Shown here: in pieces, positions 29,562-40,301 of the stretch
Numbering within the stretch: position 1 is the stretch's first letter
How the letters are laid out: each line of letters begins with the position of its first letter
Assembly: GCA_013390605.1 (NCBI GenBank)
Contig: JACAUB010000001.1
Coordinates: forward strand, 1,148,233-1,212,232
Length of the DNA: 64,000 nt
From: Bacteroidota bacterium
GTDB taxonomy: Bacteria > Bacteroidota > Bacteroidia > Bacteroidales > Cfx3-03
Direction of reading: 5' to 3'
Notes under the pieces: model-generated
What the model was told of the DNA's origin: nothing
The model's database searches: none
Seen by the model: the letters and a program-made list of their open reading frames with translations, nothing else
Made by a program: the position numbers and the translations under genes

Positions 29562-29783
29562 ATGAAAAAGTTAATTATAATACTCGTTGTTGCATTTCTG
29601 GCAGGATTCCTTACTTCATGTTTTCCATTATTCTATGGGGATAGTAACTACCCTAATGGAAGAAGATACCACCAAAATGAACGCCATCAAAGCAGAAGAT
29701 CTTCACATAGACATGACGGTGACTATGGATATATTGGACATAGCAAATTAGACCGTCAATATAATAGCAGAGAACTGAACTAA
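29562..29783 (+). CDS. small His/Arg-rich hypothetical lipoprotein
   Basis: 73 aa. MKKLIIILVVAFLAGFLTSC is a signal peptide with a lipobox Cys, and a terminator follows. Confidence 0.5.
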   Translation: MKKLIIILVVAFLAGFLTSCFPLFYGDSNYPNGRRYHQNERHQSRRSSHRHDGDYGYIGHSKLDRQYNSRELN

Positions 29784-29802
29784 TTTTCAACTTCTATAAC
29801 CA

Positions 29803-32625
29803 CTATTTTATTAATATTTTAGCAGTAAATTGAGGGATCTTATTTTGAGATCCCTTTTTTAGTGTAATTTTTTTGTCGTCATCTGTATCTTTTCCAGCCT
29901 CTTTGGCAGGGTATCGGACATTGCCCTTTGCGTTGAACCACAGAATTCGATTAAAGACATCATCATCTCCAGAATCTATGCCTTCAAATTCGGGTTTAGA
30001 GGATAGCTTTGCATAATACAGCGCCTTACCTTTTAATGCAGATAATGGTTGGTTTAATTCATCTAAAGGAATGCGATTGGGTAGGGTTGTATATCTGAAA
30101 GTAAAATCAGATTTCTTTGAAAAACATTCAAACATAGGGGTTGCTGTAGCATCGAATGAATTCATCGGTGGAATACCTAAAATCTGTTCAATGGTTCTCA
30201 CCATGGATGTTTGGTTATAATTTGTCGATATCGTTTTTTGTAGTCGGGAATAGGGGCTAACTACAAAGCAAGTGGTTCTATATGCTGATACGTGATCCCA
30301 TCCACTTTGCGAATCGTCTTCAGTTACAAAAATGACAGTAGAGTCCCAGAATCGACTTTTATTTACCGCTTCAATAATTTTACCAAGGGCTAAATCATTA
30401 TCGGCTACCATCGCTTTCGGAGTGGGGTATCCTGGATTAGTTCCAACAGTATGGTCGCATGGTAAGGCAAGAATCATCAGTTGTGGTAGTTGATCTCCGG
30501 GCTTCTGTTCAAACTCGTTTAATTCTTTTATGAAGGCACGGGCTCTCAATTGGTCGTTGATCTTAGGATTATCAAATCCGGGATATTCTTGCGAGAGTAT
30601 TGGGCGAACTCTGGAAATAGTAGTAATATTTTGAATCTTAATGGGTTGATTATTGATTGTTTTTTGATAAATGGATGTCCAGTTTTCAGATGGATCAGTC
30701 TTAGGAACACAGGCTTCTCCATAGATGCGTACTGTCTTTCCATGATCAAGTGCATTATTCCAAATAAATCCCTCTTTATTATAAACCATAGCATCTGTTT
30801 GAACATGCGGATAGCTGCGAAACCAGGCCCTCACATTTTTCTCTACATAATCAGTAACAATAGCTGCATCAGTCCATTGGTGCCCCTCTGCAGAACATTT
30901 TCCTGAAGCAAAGTAGTTGTCCATTAAGAGAAAGTCTTTTGATAATTGATGTTGATTAGGGGTGAAGTTTTCTCCAAAGATGCACAATGACGCTTTTCCG
31001 CTTCCCTCTTTCATATCACCTAAGACCTGGTCGTAAGTTCTGTTTTCTTTGATGATATAGATGACATGTTTAAAAAGAGAAGGCTCTCCAATTCGCTCAG
31101 GGATAGGTTGTGGGGCTATTCCTTTTCGAGGTAACCGGCGTGATAAAATATTTTGATAAACCAGATTCAATTTCTTTACCTTTTCAGTGTAAAGATCTAG
31201 TTGTTTCTGATTAGGCATGGGTATAAAAGAGACAGATGCAAGTTGTTTGTGTGCATTGAATGCTCCTTCAACTGTTATTGGAATATCCGTTTTCTTGGTT
31301 ATTGTTGAGTCTTTTAAGATTGTATTACTATTTACTCTTGCACCCGTGGCCTCAAGATTAGTGACAAAGATTTTATTATCTAATAAAATAATGCCTGATG
31401 GATAAGCTTCTGTTGGAATAAAACCACGTATATGTGGATTTATTAGTTTGTACTGGTTTTCTGTAACACCTGTTTCTATAATGGCTAACGCATTATTCAT
31501 CCCATTGGCAACGTATAGTGTTTTACCATTTGGGTCAATCGCCATAGCATTAGGTGTGCTTCCTTCGTAATATTTTTTTGCTTTGTACAGACTAACCGGA
31601 ATAGTATCAATAACTTTTGACGTTTTAATATTTATTACTGAAATATAATCACTGTTACCATTCGCAACATAGATCAGGTGATTGTCAGGTGAATGAATAA
31701 TGGCGTTGGGATGAAGTCCAACAGCTATTTCATTATTTTTTTCTCCTGTTATTTTATTGAAAACTGAAACGGTTCCAAATTTTGTAGCTCCGGTTTTAGG
31801 GTCTATATAGGTACTTCCCCATGGTACACCGGCTGTTTCTTGATGAATAGTATCGGTAGGGATAGGACCTCCCCAATTTGTTACATAAACTGAATTGCTT
31901 ACGATCGTAATTCCATAAGGAGCAACACCTGTGCTGGCAGTCCATATTATTTGTTGGTCACGAACCCTAATCTTTGAAATCTGGTTATTCCCATTGAGTA
32001 CTACGTATAGATAAAATTCACCATTTTCATTTAAAACTTCAAGTTCGTTAGGTAGTGCAGTAGGTGATGGTAATAATGGTTTAAGTATAAATGCCTGAAC
32101 AATTGAGATATTTTTTCCATTCCATTTTGCTTGTAATACACATGCATTTGGTGTCCCATTTCCAGCAACACTCCAGAAAATGAAAGTCTCGCCATCTTTT
32201 TCAATTGCTTTGATTCCTGAAAAGGTGCTCATTAAGGATTTATATTTTTTGTCGCCAGGGAGTGAATAACGGGCAAGAATTTTTTGTGTAGCCACATCTA
32301 ATATGATGATTCCATAGCGATCTTCGACAACGATTTGTTTTTTCCCGGGGAGTAGTGTTGCATCAAGACTATGGTTTTCCAGATTAGGATCACCAAATCG
32401 AACCACTGTACCAACAGGATCAATTAATCTGTTGTAAGGCATTGCAATTGGATTATGTTTTAGTGTATCAGCTTGATTTGAAGAACTGTTATAGGATGTT
32501 TTTTTTTGCAGAATATAGTTATTCGCAATAACACCATTTGAAATATGAAAAAGAAATATAAATAAAGGGATGAACAATCCAATCTTGAAATATTTATTGT
32601 GGAGAAGGGCTAATAGAATTCTCAT
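29803..32625 (-). CDS. YncE-like beta-propeller fused to a phosphoesterase (PLC/AcpA-type) domain
   Basis: 940 aa. The N-terminal half has repeated propeller blades (YVANGNSDYISVI, LYVANGMNNALAI). The C-terminal half has the phosphoesterase motif VIYIIKENRTYDQVLGD and VIFVTEDDSQSGWDHV. Confidence 0.8.
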   Translation of the reverse strand: MRILLALLHNKYFKIGLFIPLFIFLFHISNGVIANNYILQKKTSYNSSSNQADTLKHNPIAMPYNRLIDPVGTVVRFGDPNLENHSLDATLLPGKKQIVVEDRYGIIILDVATQKILARYSLPGDKKYKSLMSTFSGIKAIEKDGETFIFWSVAGNGTPNACVLQAKWNGKNISIVQAFILKPLLPSPTALPNELEVLNENGEFYLYVVLNGNNQISKIRVRDQQIIWTASTGVAPYGITIVSNSVYVTNWGGPIPTDTIHQETAGVPWGSTYIDPKTGATKFGTVSVFNKITGEKNNEIAVGLHPNAIIHSPDNHLIYVANGNSDYISVINIKTSKVIDTIPVSLYKAKKYYEGSTPNAMAIDPNGKTLYVANGMNNALAIIETGVTENQYKLINPHIRGFIPTEAYPSGIILLDNKIFVTNLEATGARVNSNTILKDSTITKKTDIPITVEGAFNAHKQLASVSFIPMPNQKQLDLYTEKVKKLNLVYQNILSRRLPRKGIAPQPIPERIGEPSLFKHVIYIIKENRTYDQVLGDMKEGSGKASLCIFGENFTPNQHQLSKDFLLMDNYFASGKCSAEGHQWTDAAIVTDYVEKNVRAWFRSYPHVQTDAMVYNKEGFIWNNALDHGKTVRIYGEACVPKTDPSENWTSIYQKTINNQPIKIQNITTISRVRPILSQEYPGFDNPKINDQLRARAFIKELNEFEQKPGDQLPQLMILALPCDHTVGTNPGYPTPKAMVADNDLALGKIIEAVNKSRFWDSTVIFVTEDDSQSGWDHVSAYRTTCFVVSPYSRLQKTISTNYNQTSMVRTIEQILGIPPMNSFDATATPMFECFSKKSDFTFRYTTLPNRIPLDELNQPLSALKGKALYYAKLSSKPEFEGIDSGDDDVFNRILWFNAKGNVRYPAKEAGKDTDDDKKITLKKGSQNKIPQFTAKILIK
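29833..29860 (+). terminator. rho-independent terminator of the small lipoprotein gene
   Basis: AGGGATCT (29833-29840) pairs with AGATCCCT (29848-29855) and is followed by TTTTT. It lies inside the last codons of the convergent 940-aa gene. Confidence 0.7.
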
Positions 32626-32786
32626 AATGTTTCTTTATAGTGTAAAACAGTTCCGTTCATTAAAATTTGAAAGAAAATAGAAGATATGTATATACTTTGA
32701 TTTCAAAAAAGACCAATCTTTTTCGGAAATCAAAATAACATCCACTCTAATATTAACCAGTCAAAGATAATTAAAGTTGAAACAGA

Positions 32787-33500
32787 CTAAAGAAAATTTC
32801 TATCCAGAAATTCCTGAAAGCTATCTTTATATTGTTCGCTAATCGGAATATATTCTTTTCCGAATACAATTCGGCTTCGTTCAATGGTGTCTATTTTGTT
32901 CAGATTAACAATAAACGACCGATGTACACGCATAAAATATTTTGCAGGAAGTTTAGATTCAACCATTTTCAGCGTACTGATAGACAAGATGGGTTTGTCT
33001 TCGTTTTTAACAAATACCTTGATATAGTCTTTTAAGCCCTCAATATATAAAATATCATTAAAATTTATCCTACGGATTTTATATTCGGATTTTAAAAAGA
33101 GAAATTCGTTATTCGCTTCAATCTGGGGTAACGCCTTTTGTTCAAGCTCTATTAATTTCATTGCTTTTTGCGATGCAATTAAAAACTCTTCGTAACTAAA
33201 AGGTTTTAATAGATAATCTACCGCATTTAATTTGAATCCCTCTATTGCATACCGTTCATAAGCCGTTGTGAAAATGACTTTAGGGCCTTGATCCATTATA
33301 CGTACAAATTCAGTGCCCGATAAATCAGGCATCTGAATATCAGCAAATATTAAATCGACAGATTCCTTTTCAAGGTATTCCAGCGTACTTAATGGATTAT
33401 CAAAAGTGTTTGCCAGTTCCAGAAACGGTGTTTTTGTAATGTAGCCTGAAATAAGTTTAAGTGCTAATGGTTCATCATCAATTGCAATAGCTCGTATCAT
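32787..33500 (-). CDS. LytTR-family response regulator
   Basis: 237 aa. The receiver domain has DLIFADIQMPDLSG and the C-terminal LytTR domain has YFMRVHRSFIVNLNKI. Confidence 0.9.
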   Translation of the reverse strand: MIRAIAIDDEPLALKLISGYITKTPFLELANTFDNPLSTLEYLEKESVDLIFADIQMPDLSGTEFVRIMDQGPKVIFTTAYERYAIEGFKLNAVDYLLKPFSYEEFLIASQKAMKLIELEQKALPQIEANNEFLFLKSEYKIRRINFNDILYIEGLKDYIKVFVKNEDKPILSISTLKMVESKLPAKYFMRVHRSFIVNLNKIDTIERSRIVFGKEYIPISEQYKDSFQEFLDRNFL

Positions 33501-33511
33501 AATTCAAATGA

Positions 33512-34594
33512 TTAGGAATTATTAATCTGTAGCGTTATGTAATGAATGTTATTGGTATTGGTAATGGTAAGATTGTATTTGTCGTTGAAAAGAAGTTTCA
33601 ACCTCTTTTTTACATTCTCTAACCCAATACCTGTTTTTACTTCCGTTTCATTAAAAACAAATCCTGAAATACTATTTTTGACCCTGAAATCAATATTTTG
33701 ATTCTCAATCGTCATCGAGATATCGATAAAGGAATGATCTCTATTGCTTATACCATGTTTAAAAGCGTTTTCAATAAAAGGAATAAATAGGAGTGGAGGA
33801 ATAAAAAAGTCATCCGTTATTTCAGGGAAGGAGATGTTTAATACAACTTTATCTGTTAATCGTAATCGCATTAAATCAATATAGTTGGTCATAAAAGCTA
33901 TTTCTGTGCTGATACGTGCTTTCTCCGGTTCAGTTTCATATAGGAGATAACGCATCATTTTGGATAACTTTAGCACTGCTGTTTGTGCATCTTTTGTATC
34001 TATTTCAATTAATGAATAGATGTTATTTAACGTGTTAAAGAAAAAATGAGGACTTACCTGATATTTAAGAAATATCAATTCAGATTGCAATTTCTCTTTT
34101 TCTAATTCTTTACGTATTTTCTCATTTTCAGAAAATTTCTCAACTACTCTTATTCCCAACGATGCCCCGGTAAGAAAAATGGATGTGAGGAGAAAGTCGT
34201 AAATATGCATCCGTTTAAAGGGAGGGGTCGGTATTTTAGATTTCTTTAATAGTATGGAAATTTCTTGTCTGAAAACGGCATCTTTTTGTGTATCAGGGAA
34301 GAATGTATTGTGTCCCAGGTCCTCGAGAAAATACAAACCTGTCATAAGAAGAATGGAGATAATAACGAAGGTGTATTTTTTTTGTTTAAAAAAGAATTTG
34401 GGAACTACCCATAGATAGAGTATGTAAAAGTAGATTCCATAAATGAAGATTTTATAGTAATACTTTCCAATCTCATTCATGTTTTGATCCCATTTTTGGT
34501 TAAAGAAAAACCATGGAACTAGGAACAGGAATAGCCATACCAATATATGTGATAATATATTTAACTTTTGCTTATTGAAAAATGAAATTTTCAT
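33512..34594 (-). CDS. LytS/YehU-type sensor histidine kinase
   Basis: 360 aa with an N-terminal membrane region, the His-kinase motif QVSPHFFFNTLNNI and an ATPase region (GIGLENVKKRL). Confidence 0.85.
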   Translation of the reverse strand: MKISFFNKQKLNILSHILVWLFLFLVPWFFFNQKWDQNMNEIGKYYYKIFIYGIYFYILYLWVVPKFFFKQKKYTFVIISILLMTGLYFLEDLGHNTFFPDTQKDAVFRQEISILLKKSKIPTPPFKRMHIYDFLLTSIFLTGASLGIRVVEKFSENEKIRKELEKEKLQSELIFLKYQVSPHFFFNTLNNIYSLIEIDTKDAQTAVLKLSKMMRYLLYETEPEKARISTEIAFMTNYIDLMRLRLTDKVVLNISFPEITDDFFIPPLLFIPFIENAFKHGISNRDHSFIDISMTIENQNIDFRVKNSISGFVFNETEVKTGIGLENVKKRLKLLFNDKYNLTITNTNNIHYITLQINNS

Positions 34595-34701
34595 GAGAGT
34601 GGTTTAATTTAGTCAAAAGTATTAAATATTAAGCGGATTTAAAATGAGAACCTTCATCAGAATTATCGTTCTGATGAAGGTTGAATCTGACCGCCATCAG
34701 A

Positions 34702-35922
34702 TTATTCAAATCGAAGCGCATCAATTGGATTTAAACTTGCGGCTTTACGGGCCGGGTACCATCCGAAGAAAACACCTATTACTGTACAAACAAAGAAAGC
34801 AAGTACAACGGAAGTTGGCAATACTACAACTGGCCATTTCATTATTGTTCCAATGAGACTTGATGCCCCGACACCTAAAAGAATCCCAATAACTCCTCCA
34901 AGCACACTTAATAAAATCGATTCGATCAAGAACTGCATTAGAATATCTTTACCTCTACCACCAACGGCCATACGCAGCCCGATTTCTCTGGTTCTTTCAG
35001 TAACAGATACATACATGATATTCATGATGCCTATTCCACCTACAAGTAACGAAATACTGGCAATGGCTCCCAATAATATGGTTAAAACATTACTAATCGA
35101 ACTAAAAGTACTTACCAACTCATCTTGCGATCTGATGGTGAAATCGTTTTCAGCTCCTTCTTTGATTTTATGCGATTTTCTCAATGCCTGTTCCATTTCT
35201 TTAGCTGCATCTTTTGTTTTTGTTTCGCTTGCAGCTGAGGATTGGATGCTTTGGAAATAGGTGATAGCCAAAACTCTTTTTTGAACCGTAGTGTAGGGCG
35301 CCAGTAAAAGGTCGTCCTGATCTTGCCCAAAAGTGTTTGTGCCTTTTGGTTTTAAAATACCAATGATCTTAAAAGGGATCTTTTTATATCGGACAGTAAG
35401 TCCAATAGGATTAGCATTTTTACCAAAAAGGTTCTCTACCACAGTTTCGCCAATTAAACAGACTTTTGCTGCACTTTTTACCTCTTTATCTGTGAAGCAA
35501 CGTCCATCTCCTACTTCTATTTTCTTGATTTTAAAGTATTCAGCATTACTTCCAAATAGACTGGTAGGCCAGTTTTTATTACCATATACCGCTTGACCGT
35601 TTGCTCTTACTTCGGGCGAAATATCACTTATTGAAGGACATTCTGCTCTGATAACATCCATATCTTTTACGGTAATGTTTATAGCACCAGAATTCCCCAT
35701 TTGAATTCCACCTCTTTGTTGTGATCCTGGCATCACAAAAACAAGATTTGTTCCCATAGTGGAGATTTGATCCTGAATACTTTTTTTAGATCCCTGCCCA
35801 ATGGCTAACATTGCAATAACCGATGCCACACCAATGATGATGCCCAGCATTGTTAATAATGCTCTCAGCTTATTTCGCTTTAAAGCATATATTGCTACTT
35901 TCAGAAGATTCGAGATATTCAT
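34702..35922 (-). CDS. MacB-type ABC transporter permease (MacB_PCD + FtsX)
   Basis: 406 aa with LRALLTMLGIIIGVASV at the N-terminus, and TERTREIGLRMAVGGR plus four transmembrane segments in the C-terminal part. Confidence 0.9.
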   Translation of the reverse strand: MNISNLLKVAIYALKRNKLRALLTMLGIIIGVASVIAMLAIGQGSKKSIQDQISTMGTNLVFVMPGSQQRGGIQMGNSGAINITVKDMDVIRAECPSISDISPEVRANGQAVYGNKNWPTSLFGSNAEYFKIKKIEVGDGRCFTDKEVKSAAKVCLIGETVVENLFGKNANPIGLTVRYKKIPFKIIGILKPKGTNTFGQDQDDLLLAPYTTVQKRVLAITYFQSIQSSAASETKTKDAAKEMEQALRKSHKIKEGAENDFTIRSQDELVSTFSSISNVLTILLGAIASISLLVGGIGIMNIMYVSVTERTREIGLRMAVGGRGKDILMQFLIESILLSVLGGVIGILLGVGASSLIGTIMKWPVVVLPTSVVLAFFVCTVIGVFFGWYPARKAASLNPIDALRFE

Positions 35923-35933
35923 AGTCTTTTTCT

Positions 35934-36689
35934 TTAGGCGGTTTCAATATCATCAGTTACAGGCAGATTCTTCAGCATTTCAATCGCACTAAATCTGTCA
36001 GTAACATTTTCAGATCGAAGAATGTGTCCATCGCGAAATACAATGTTTCGTGATGTAAAACGAGCGATATCAGCTTCATGGGTAACGAATACAATTGTTT
36101 TTCCTTTTGCATTTAACTCTTGAAATAGTGCCATGATTTCAAAAGATGTTCTTGTATCCAGGTTTCCGGTTGCTTCGTCAGCCAATATAACTACAGGATC
36201 GTTTACCAATGAGCGTGCAATTGCTACTCTTTGCTGTTGCCCTCCCGATAACTGGTTGGGCATGTGATCCATTCTATCCGAAAGCCCGACGGCTACCAAT
36301 GCTTCTTGTGCTCTTTCTCTTCTCTCTTTTGCTTTTACTTTATTGTTATAGAAAAGAGGGAGCTCAACATTCTCCAGTGCTGATGTACGGGGGAGAAGAT
36401 TATATGATTGAAAGACGAAACCCAGTTTTTGATTACGTAAAGCTGCTAACTGGTCTTTGCTAAGTTTTGCCATATCCACACCATCAAGAATATAATCTCC
36501 AGCGTTTGGTTTCTCAAGGCATCCCAGAATATTCAGCATGGTTGATTTTCCAGATCCGCTTGCTCCCATTATGGCAACAAACTCTCCCTCTGATATTGAA
36601 AGGTCAACACCTTTCAGGGCTCGTACTGTTACCTCGCCGACGTGAAAATCTTTCTTTAGATTTCTCACTTCTATGATTGTTTTATTCAT
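35934..36689 (-). CDS. ABC transporter ATP-binding protein (MacB/LolD-like)
   Basis: Start moved to the ATG at 36689 ([11 protein letters not shown]), which removes the overlap with the adaptor gene. Walker [10 protein letters not shown], signature [13 protein letters not shown], Walker [10 protein letters not shown]. Confidence 0.9.
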   Translation of the reverse strand: MNKTIIEVRNLKKDFHVGEVTVRALKGVDLSISEGEFVAIMGASGSGKSTMLNILGCLEKPNAGDYILDGVDMAKLSKDQLAALRNQKLGFVFQSYNLLPRTSALENVELPLFYNNKVKAKERRERAQEALVAVGLSDRMDHMPNQLSGGQQQRVAIARSLVNDPVVILADEATGNLDTRTSFEIMALFQELNAKGKTIVFVTHEADIARFTSRNIVFRDGHILRSENVTDRFSAIEMLKNLPVTDDIETA

Positions 36690-36693
36690 GGCT

Positions 36694-37938
36694 CTATTTC
36701 TTAGGCCCACCACCTGGACGTTTTGGCATAAATGGACTACTTACAGTCTCTTTTTTTGCAGTATCAGAATTAGTAGTAGATGATTGCATAGCAAAAATTA
36801 CTTCATCTCCATCAGAAACACCTGATTTGATTTCCATTTTTGTTCCATCGCTAAGCCCGGTAACTACTTTTACAGGTTCAATTTCGTTTCCTTTTTTCAG
36901 CCAAAGTGTTGAAGATTGATTGTTGACTCCTTTTGCACCTTTTGTTTTGCTGCTTAGCTCCTGATTGATTTTTGTTTTAGCAGCTTGAGGAAATTTCTTC
37001 ATATATTCTCCCATTAGTTTGCTATCTGGCATAAAACGCAATGCTTTACTATCCACAATCAAAAGGTCTTTTGCTTCGTCCACATAAATACTTGCATTTG
37101 CAGTCATACCTGGCATCAGCTTCTTATCAGGATTGGGTGCTTCAATAATTACAGTATAGGTTACTACATTTGAAGTTACTACCGGCTGTAATCTGACTTG
37201 GGTAACGGTACCGGTAAATTTAATATCCTGATAAGCATCTACATTAAATTCAACACGTTGTCCTAATTTAACCTGGCCTATATCAGCTTCATCGATGTTG
37301 GCTTCTACTCTCATTTGGGTTAGGTCGTTGGCAATAGAAAACAGTGTAGGTGTATTGAAGCTGGCTGCAACAGTCTGTCCTTCGTCGACTGCTCTGTTTA
37401 AAACCACCCCGTCAATAGGAGAATAGATTGTAGCATACTCAAGATTGATCTTGTTTCTGTCGTAGTTAGATTTTGCACTTGAGAGATTTGCTTTCGATTG
37501 ATCGTAATTCAAAACAGCCTGATCATAATCAGCTTTTGCAATCAACTTTTTTTCAAACAGTGCCTTTGTACGATCATAAGTGGCTTTCTTAAATTGAAGA
37601 TCTGCTTCAGCCGATATAACTGCTGATTTGCTTTGATCGAGGGTTGCCAAAAGTGGGGTTTCATCAATCCGGGCTAGTATCTGGCCTTTCTTAACCACCG
37701 AGTTAAAATCAACATATATCTTTTTGATAACACCCGAAACCTGTGTGCCAACTGCTACTGTCTTGATAGCTTGAATTGTTCCTGTTGCCGTAACCGTATT
37801 ACTGATGCTTCCTTTTGAAACAAGTGTGGTTTCAAACTTTATCTCACTTTTTGTGGATTGGCAAGCTTTTAGAACAATGGTAACAATCGAAATAATAATG
37901 ACGACTGATACGATTTGAATGATTGTTTTCCTTTTCAT
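36694..37938 (-). CDS. efflux periplasmic adaptor (HlyD/MacA family)
   Basis: 414 aa with an N-terminal anchor, a coiled-coil hairpin region and a beta-barrel (SPIDGVVLNRAVDEGQTV). Confidence 0.9.
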   Translation of the reverse strand: MKRKTIIQIVSVVIIISIVTIVLKACQSTKSEIKFETTLVSKGSISNTVTATGTIQAIKTVAVGTQVSGVIKKIYVDFNSVVKKGQILARIDETPLLATLDQSKSAVISAEADLQFKKATYDRTKALFEKKLIAKADYDQAVLNYDQSKANLSSAKSNYDRNKINLEYATIYSPIDGVVLNRAVDEGQTVAASFNTPTLFSIANDLTQMRVEANIDEADIGQVKLGQRVEFNVDAYQDIKFTGTVTQVRLQPVVTSNVVTYTVIIEAPNPDKKLMPGMTANASIYVDEAKDLLIVDSKALRFMPDSKLMGEYMKKFPQAAKTKINQELSSKTKGAKGVNNQSSTLWLKKGNEIEPVKVVTGLSDGTKMEIKSGVSDGDEVIFAMQSSTTNSDTAKKETVSSPFMPKRPGGGPKK

Positions 37939-37961
37939 TGTGAATTATTTTAAGCTGTTCT

Positions 37962-39296
37962 TTAAAAGTTAAATGGGATACCTAAATAGAAATCGAGCGT
38001 TTTATAGCTGAAGATCAAATTGTATTTAGCTTGTAAGTAATTACTTTCTGATGTGATCAAATTTGTCTTTTGAACCAGAAAGTCAACTGAGTTCATCAGC
38101 TCTTGTGTATACTTTTCTGAAGCTACTGCAAACGACTCCTGATTAGCCTGGTATTGCTCTTTGCTGGCATCATATTCATTCTGAGCAGTGATTACATTGG
38201 TGCAAGCGTTTTCAATTGATTTTCTTAACTGATTTTTTGTGTTCAGTTCGTCTAGTTGTGCACTTTGTGTGCTGATCTTTGCCAGTTCAATCTTCGATTT
38301 AATCTGATCATTGTGGTAGATTGGAATAGAAATTCCTAATCCAATAGTAGGACTGAAATTATGTGAAAGCTGGAACGAATAGCTCGAACCTTTCAGTGCA
38401 CTCATATAATCAGAACTAAAGCCTGCATCCAGTGATACACGTGGCATGTAGTCTGCTTTGGCAATGGCTACATCTAGTGCACTGCTTTCGCTACGTAATG
38501 TAGCACTCTTAATTTGTGGTTTTAAAGCAAGTGCTATCTGATATACACTATCGGGTAACGATTTCCTTGATTTGTTAATTAGGTTAGTAAGATCGGGGTG
38601 TTCTATTTCGAAATCATTGGTGATGGGCAATTCCATCAATTGCATTAAGTTAACCCTGTTTGTTGACAGAAGTCCCTGTGCATTGGCCAGATTCTGTTTC
38701 TCAGTGGCCAGTTGAGATTTCACCTGGAGGTAATCAGAATTAGAAATAGCACTCAGTTTTAATCGCTCACTAGCCAGATTCAATTCTTTTTCCGTTAAAT
38801 CGACCTGGTTTTTATAGTTTTTAACTTGTTCTTCAGCATACAATATCTGGAGGAAAGCATCCATTATATTTAGGCTAATGGTTTCTTTCATTGTTTCAGA
38901 GTCATAAACTCCTGCCTTGTAGTTGATGTCGGATTGCTTTATACTTTGTTGGAGTTTTAAACCAGCATAAAGCGTAACACTAGAGCTAATAGAATAAGTT
39001 GAACTGTTTGATCCGCTGAAAGTGTAGCTGTTCGATCCTGTTGATTGTTTATCTGCCCATCCAAAACTCTGACGTGCTGATGCATCTACAATCGGAAACC
39101 GACTAGCTTTTGTAGCATTGAAATTGATTTTATTCGATTCAGTGCTAAGAAGGGTTTTCTGAACCTGGATATTCTTTTGTTGTGCATAATCGATGCACTT
39201 CTGAATAGTCCATTTGCTGTTCTGACCATAAGTGGGATTGACCAACCACTGTAGAAAGAAGCAAATTACTGTTGCGATTATAATTCTAGTTTTCAT
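37962..39296 (-). CDS. TolC family outer-membrane efflux protein
   Basis: 444 aa with a signal peptide and a duplicated alpha/beta-barrel repeat organisation. It is the first gene of the efflux operon. Confidence 0.9.
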   Translation of the reverse strand: MKTRIIIATVICFFLQWLVNPTYGQNSKWTIQKCIDYAQQKNIQVQKTLLSTESNKINFNATKASRFPIVDASARQSFGWADKQSTGSNSYTFSGSNSSTYSISSSVTLYAGLKLQQSIKQSDINYKAGVYDSETMKETISLNIMDAFLQILYAEEQVKNYKNQVDLTEKELNLASERLKLSAISNSDYLQVKSQLATEKQNLANAQGLLSTNRVNLMQLMELPITNDFEIEHPDLTNLINKSRKSLPDSVYQIALALKPQIKSATLRSESSALDVAIAKADYMPRVSLDAGFSSDYMSALKGSSYSFQLSHNFSPTIGLGISIPIYHNDQIKSKIELAKISTQSAQLDELNTKNQLRKSIENACTNVITAQNEYDASKEQYQANQESFAVASEKYTQELMNSVDFLVQKTNLITSESNYLQAKYNLIFSYKTLDFYLGIPFNF

Positions 39297-40042
39297 GCCT
39301 CATTAATTTTGATTCAAAAGTATATAGAGGTGAGGCCTGTAACAAAAGTAATAGACCAATGGTCGGTTTTTATCGACTGAATAGGACTTTTTGAAGGTCG
39401 GCTTTTTTAAAAAAAGAGGCTGTAAGAGAAATTTGAAAGAATGAAACGAGGATGTTTTATAAACTGAAACACTTATGTAGATTTTATAAGTGAATTCCAT
39501 CAGATTTTAATCTGAAAATTATTTACGAATAAAATAGAATGTTTTAATTCTATATTGCACACTCACAGTAAATTGCTAAGAAAGAAAAAGTATTGCATTT
39601 CAAGTAAAATCAATTGTTTTCTAGTTATAAACGAACTAATTTTAGAACTGAAGATCTACTCAATAATCTCTTGAAAAAGTTGTTAATTTCAACCGAATGG
39701 CCCTTTTGATTTCTGTTTTAATTCCAATTTAGGGATGGGTTTGTAAAGCTGGGTGAAGAATCCTTTTACACAATATGATCCTAACCATCGTTCTGATCAC
39801 TTTGCGAAATCTCATATTTAATACAAATATCTAAAAGCAGATTTTTTTCAGAAGTTCGAAAGGCTGGAGTTGTTTTTTAAGATTAACTTATCTTTAGGAT
39901 GATTTATACTCTCCAAGTTTATCGACTATTCCCAATTTTATATTCTTTAATTACTACCGGATGAAGATGCGATTATGGAGGGAAACTGTTCGTCGAATTT
40001 TAAAATCGTTCTTTTATTTTTCTTTTCTGGTCCAAACCAAAG

Positions 40043-40108
40043 CCTAATACAGCATTAGAATAAGATTAGGGTTAGATTAGGATATGATTAGAGTCAGATT
40101 AGGATTAG
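40043..40108. repeat. 11-bp phased (G)ATTAG array
   Basis: ATTAG starts at 40054, 40065, 40076, 40087 and 40098, an exact 11-nt period, with an extra copy at 40104. The inverted CTAAT at 40044 sits in the preceding slot of the grid. Confidence 0.8.
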
Positions 40109-40301
40109 ACCATCAGTATCGATTGATTATCCGTATTTTATCGGGTATCTTTTATACTAGAAATGAATCTGGTTTGAAAACATGTTCTATTCATTCATTA
40201 CAAAAGTAAAATATTTTATATTGTGATGAAACATTTTCTCCATTATAGAAACGGTCGTACAAAAGAAATAGGTTATTTGTAAATATTTGTTATTTAATGT
40301 G

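Noticed and set aside
34853-35260. Antisense or shadow ORFs inside long genes (also 2897-3190, 4205-4531, 17830-18126, 30550-30906, 45890-46228, 54084-54449, 56787-57245, 60737-61204 and others)
   Set aside because: They lie wholly within well-supported genes on the opposite strand, have low-complexity or odd composition, and show no motifs.
40064-40081. Telomere-like TTAGGGTTAG string
   Set aside because: It is a single occurrence created by the GATTAGG units of the 11-bp array. The period is 11, not 6, and the context is bacterial.
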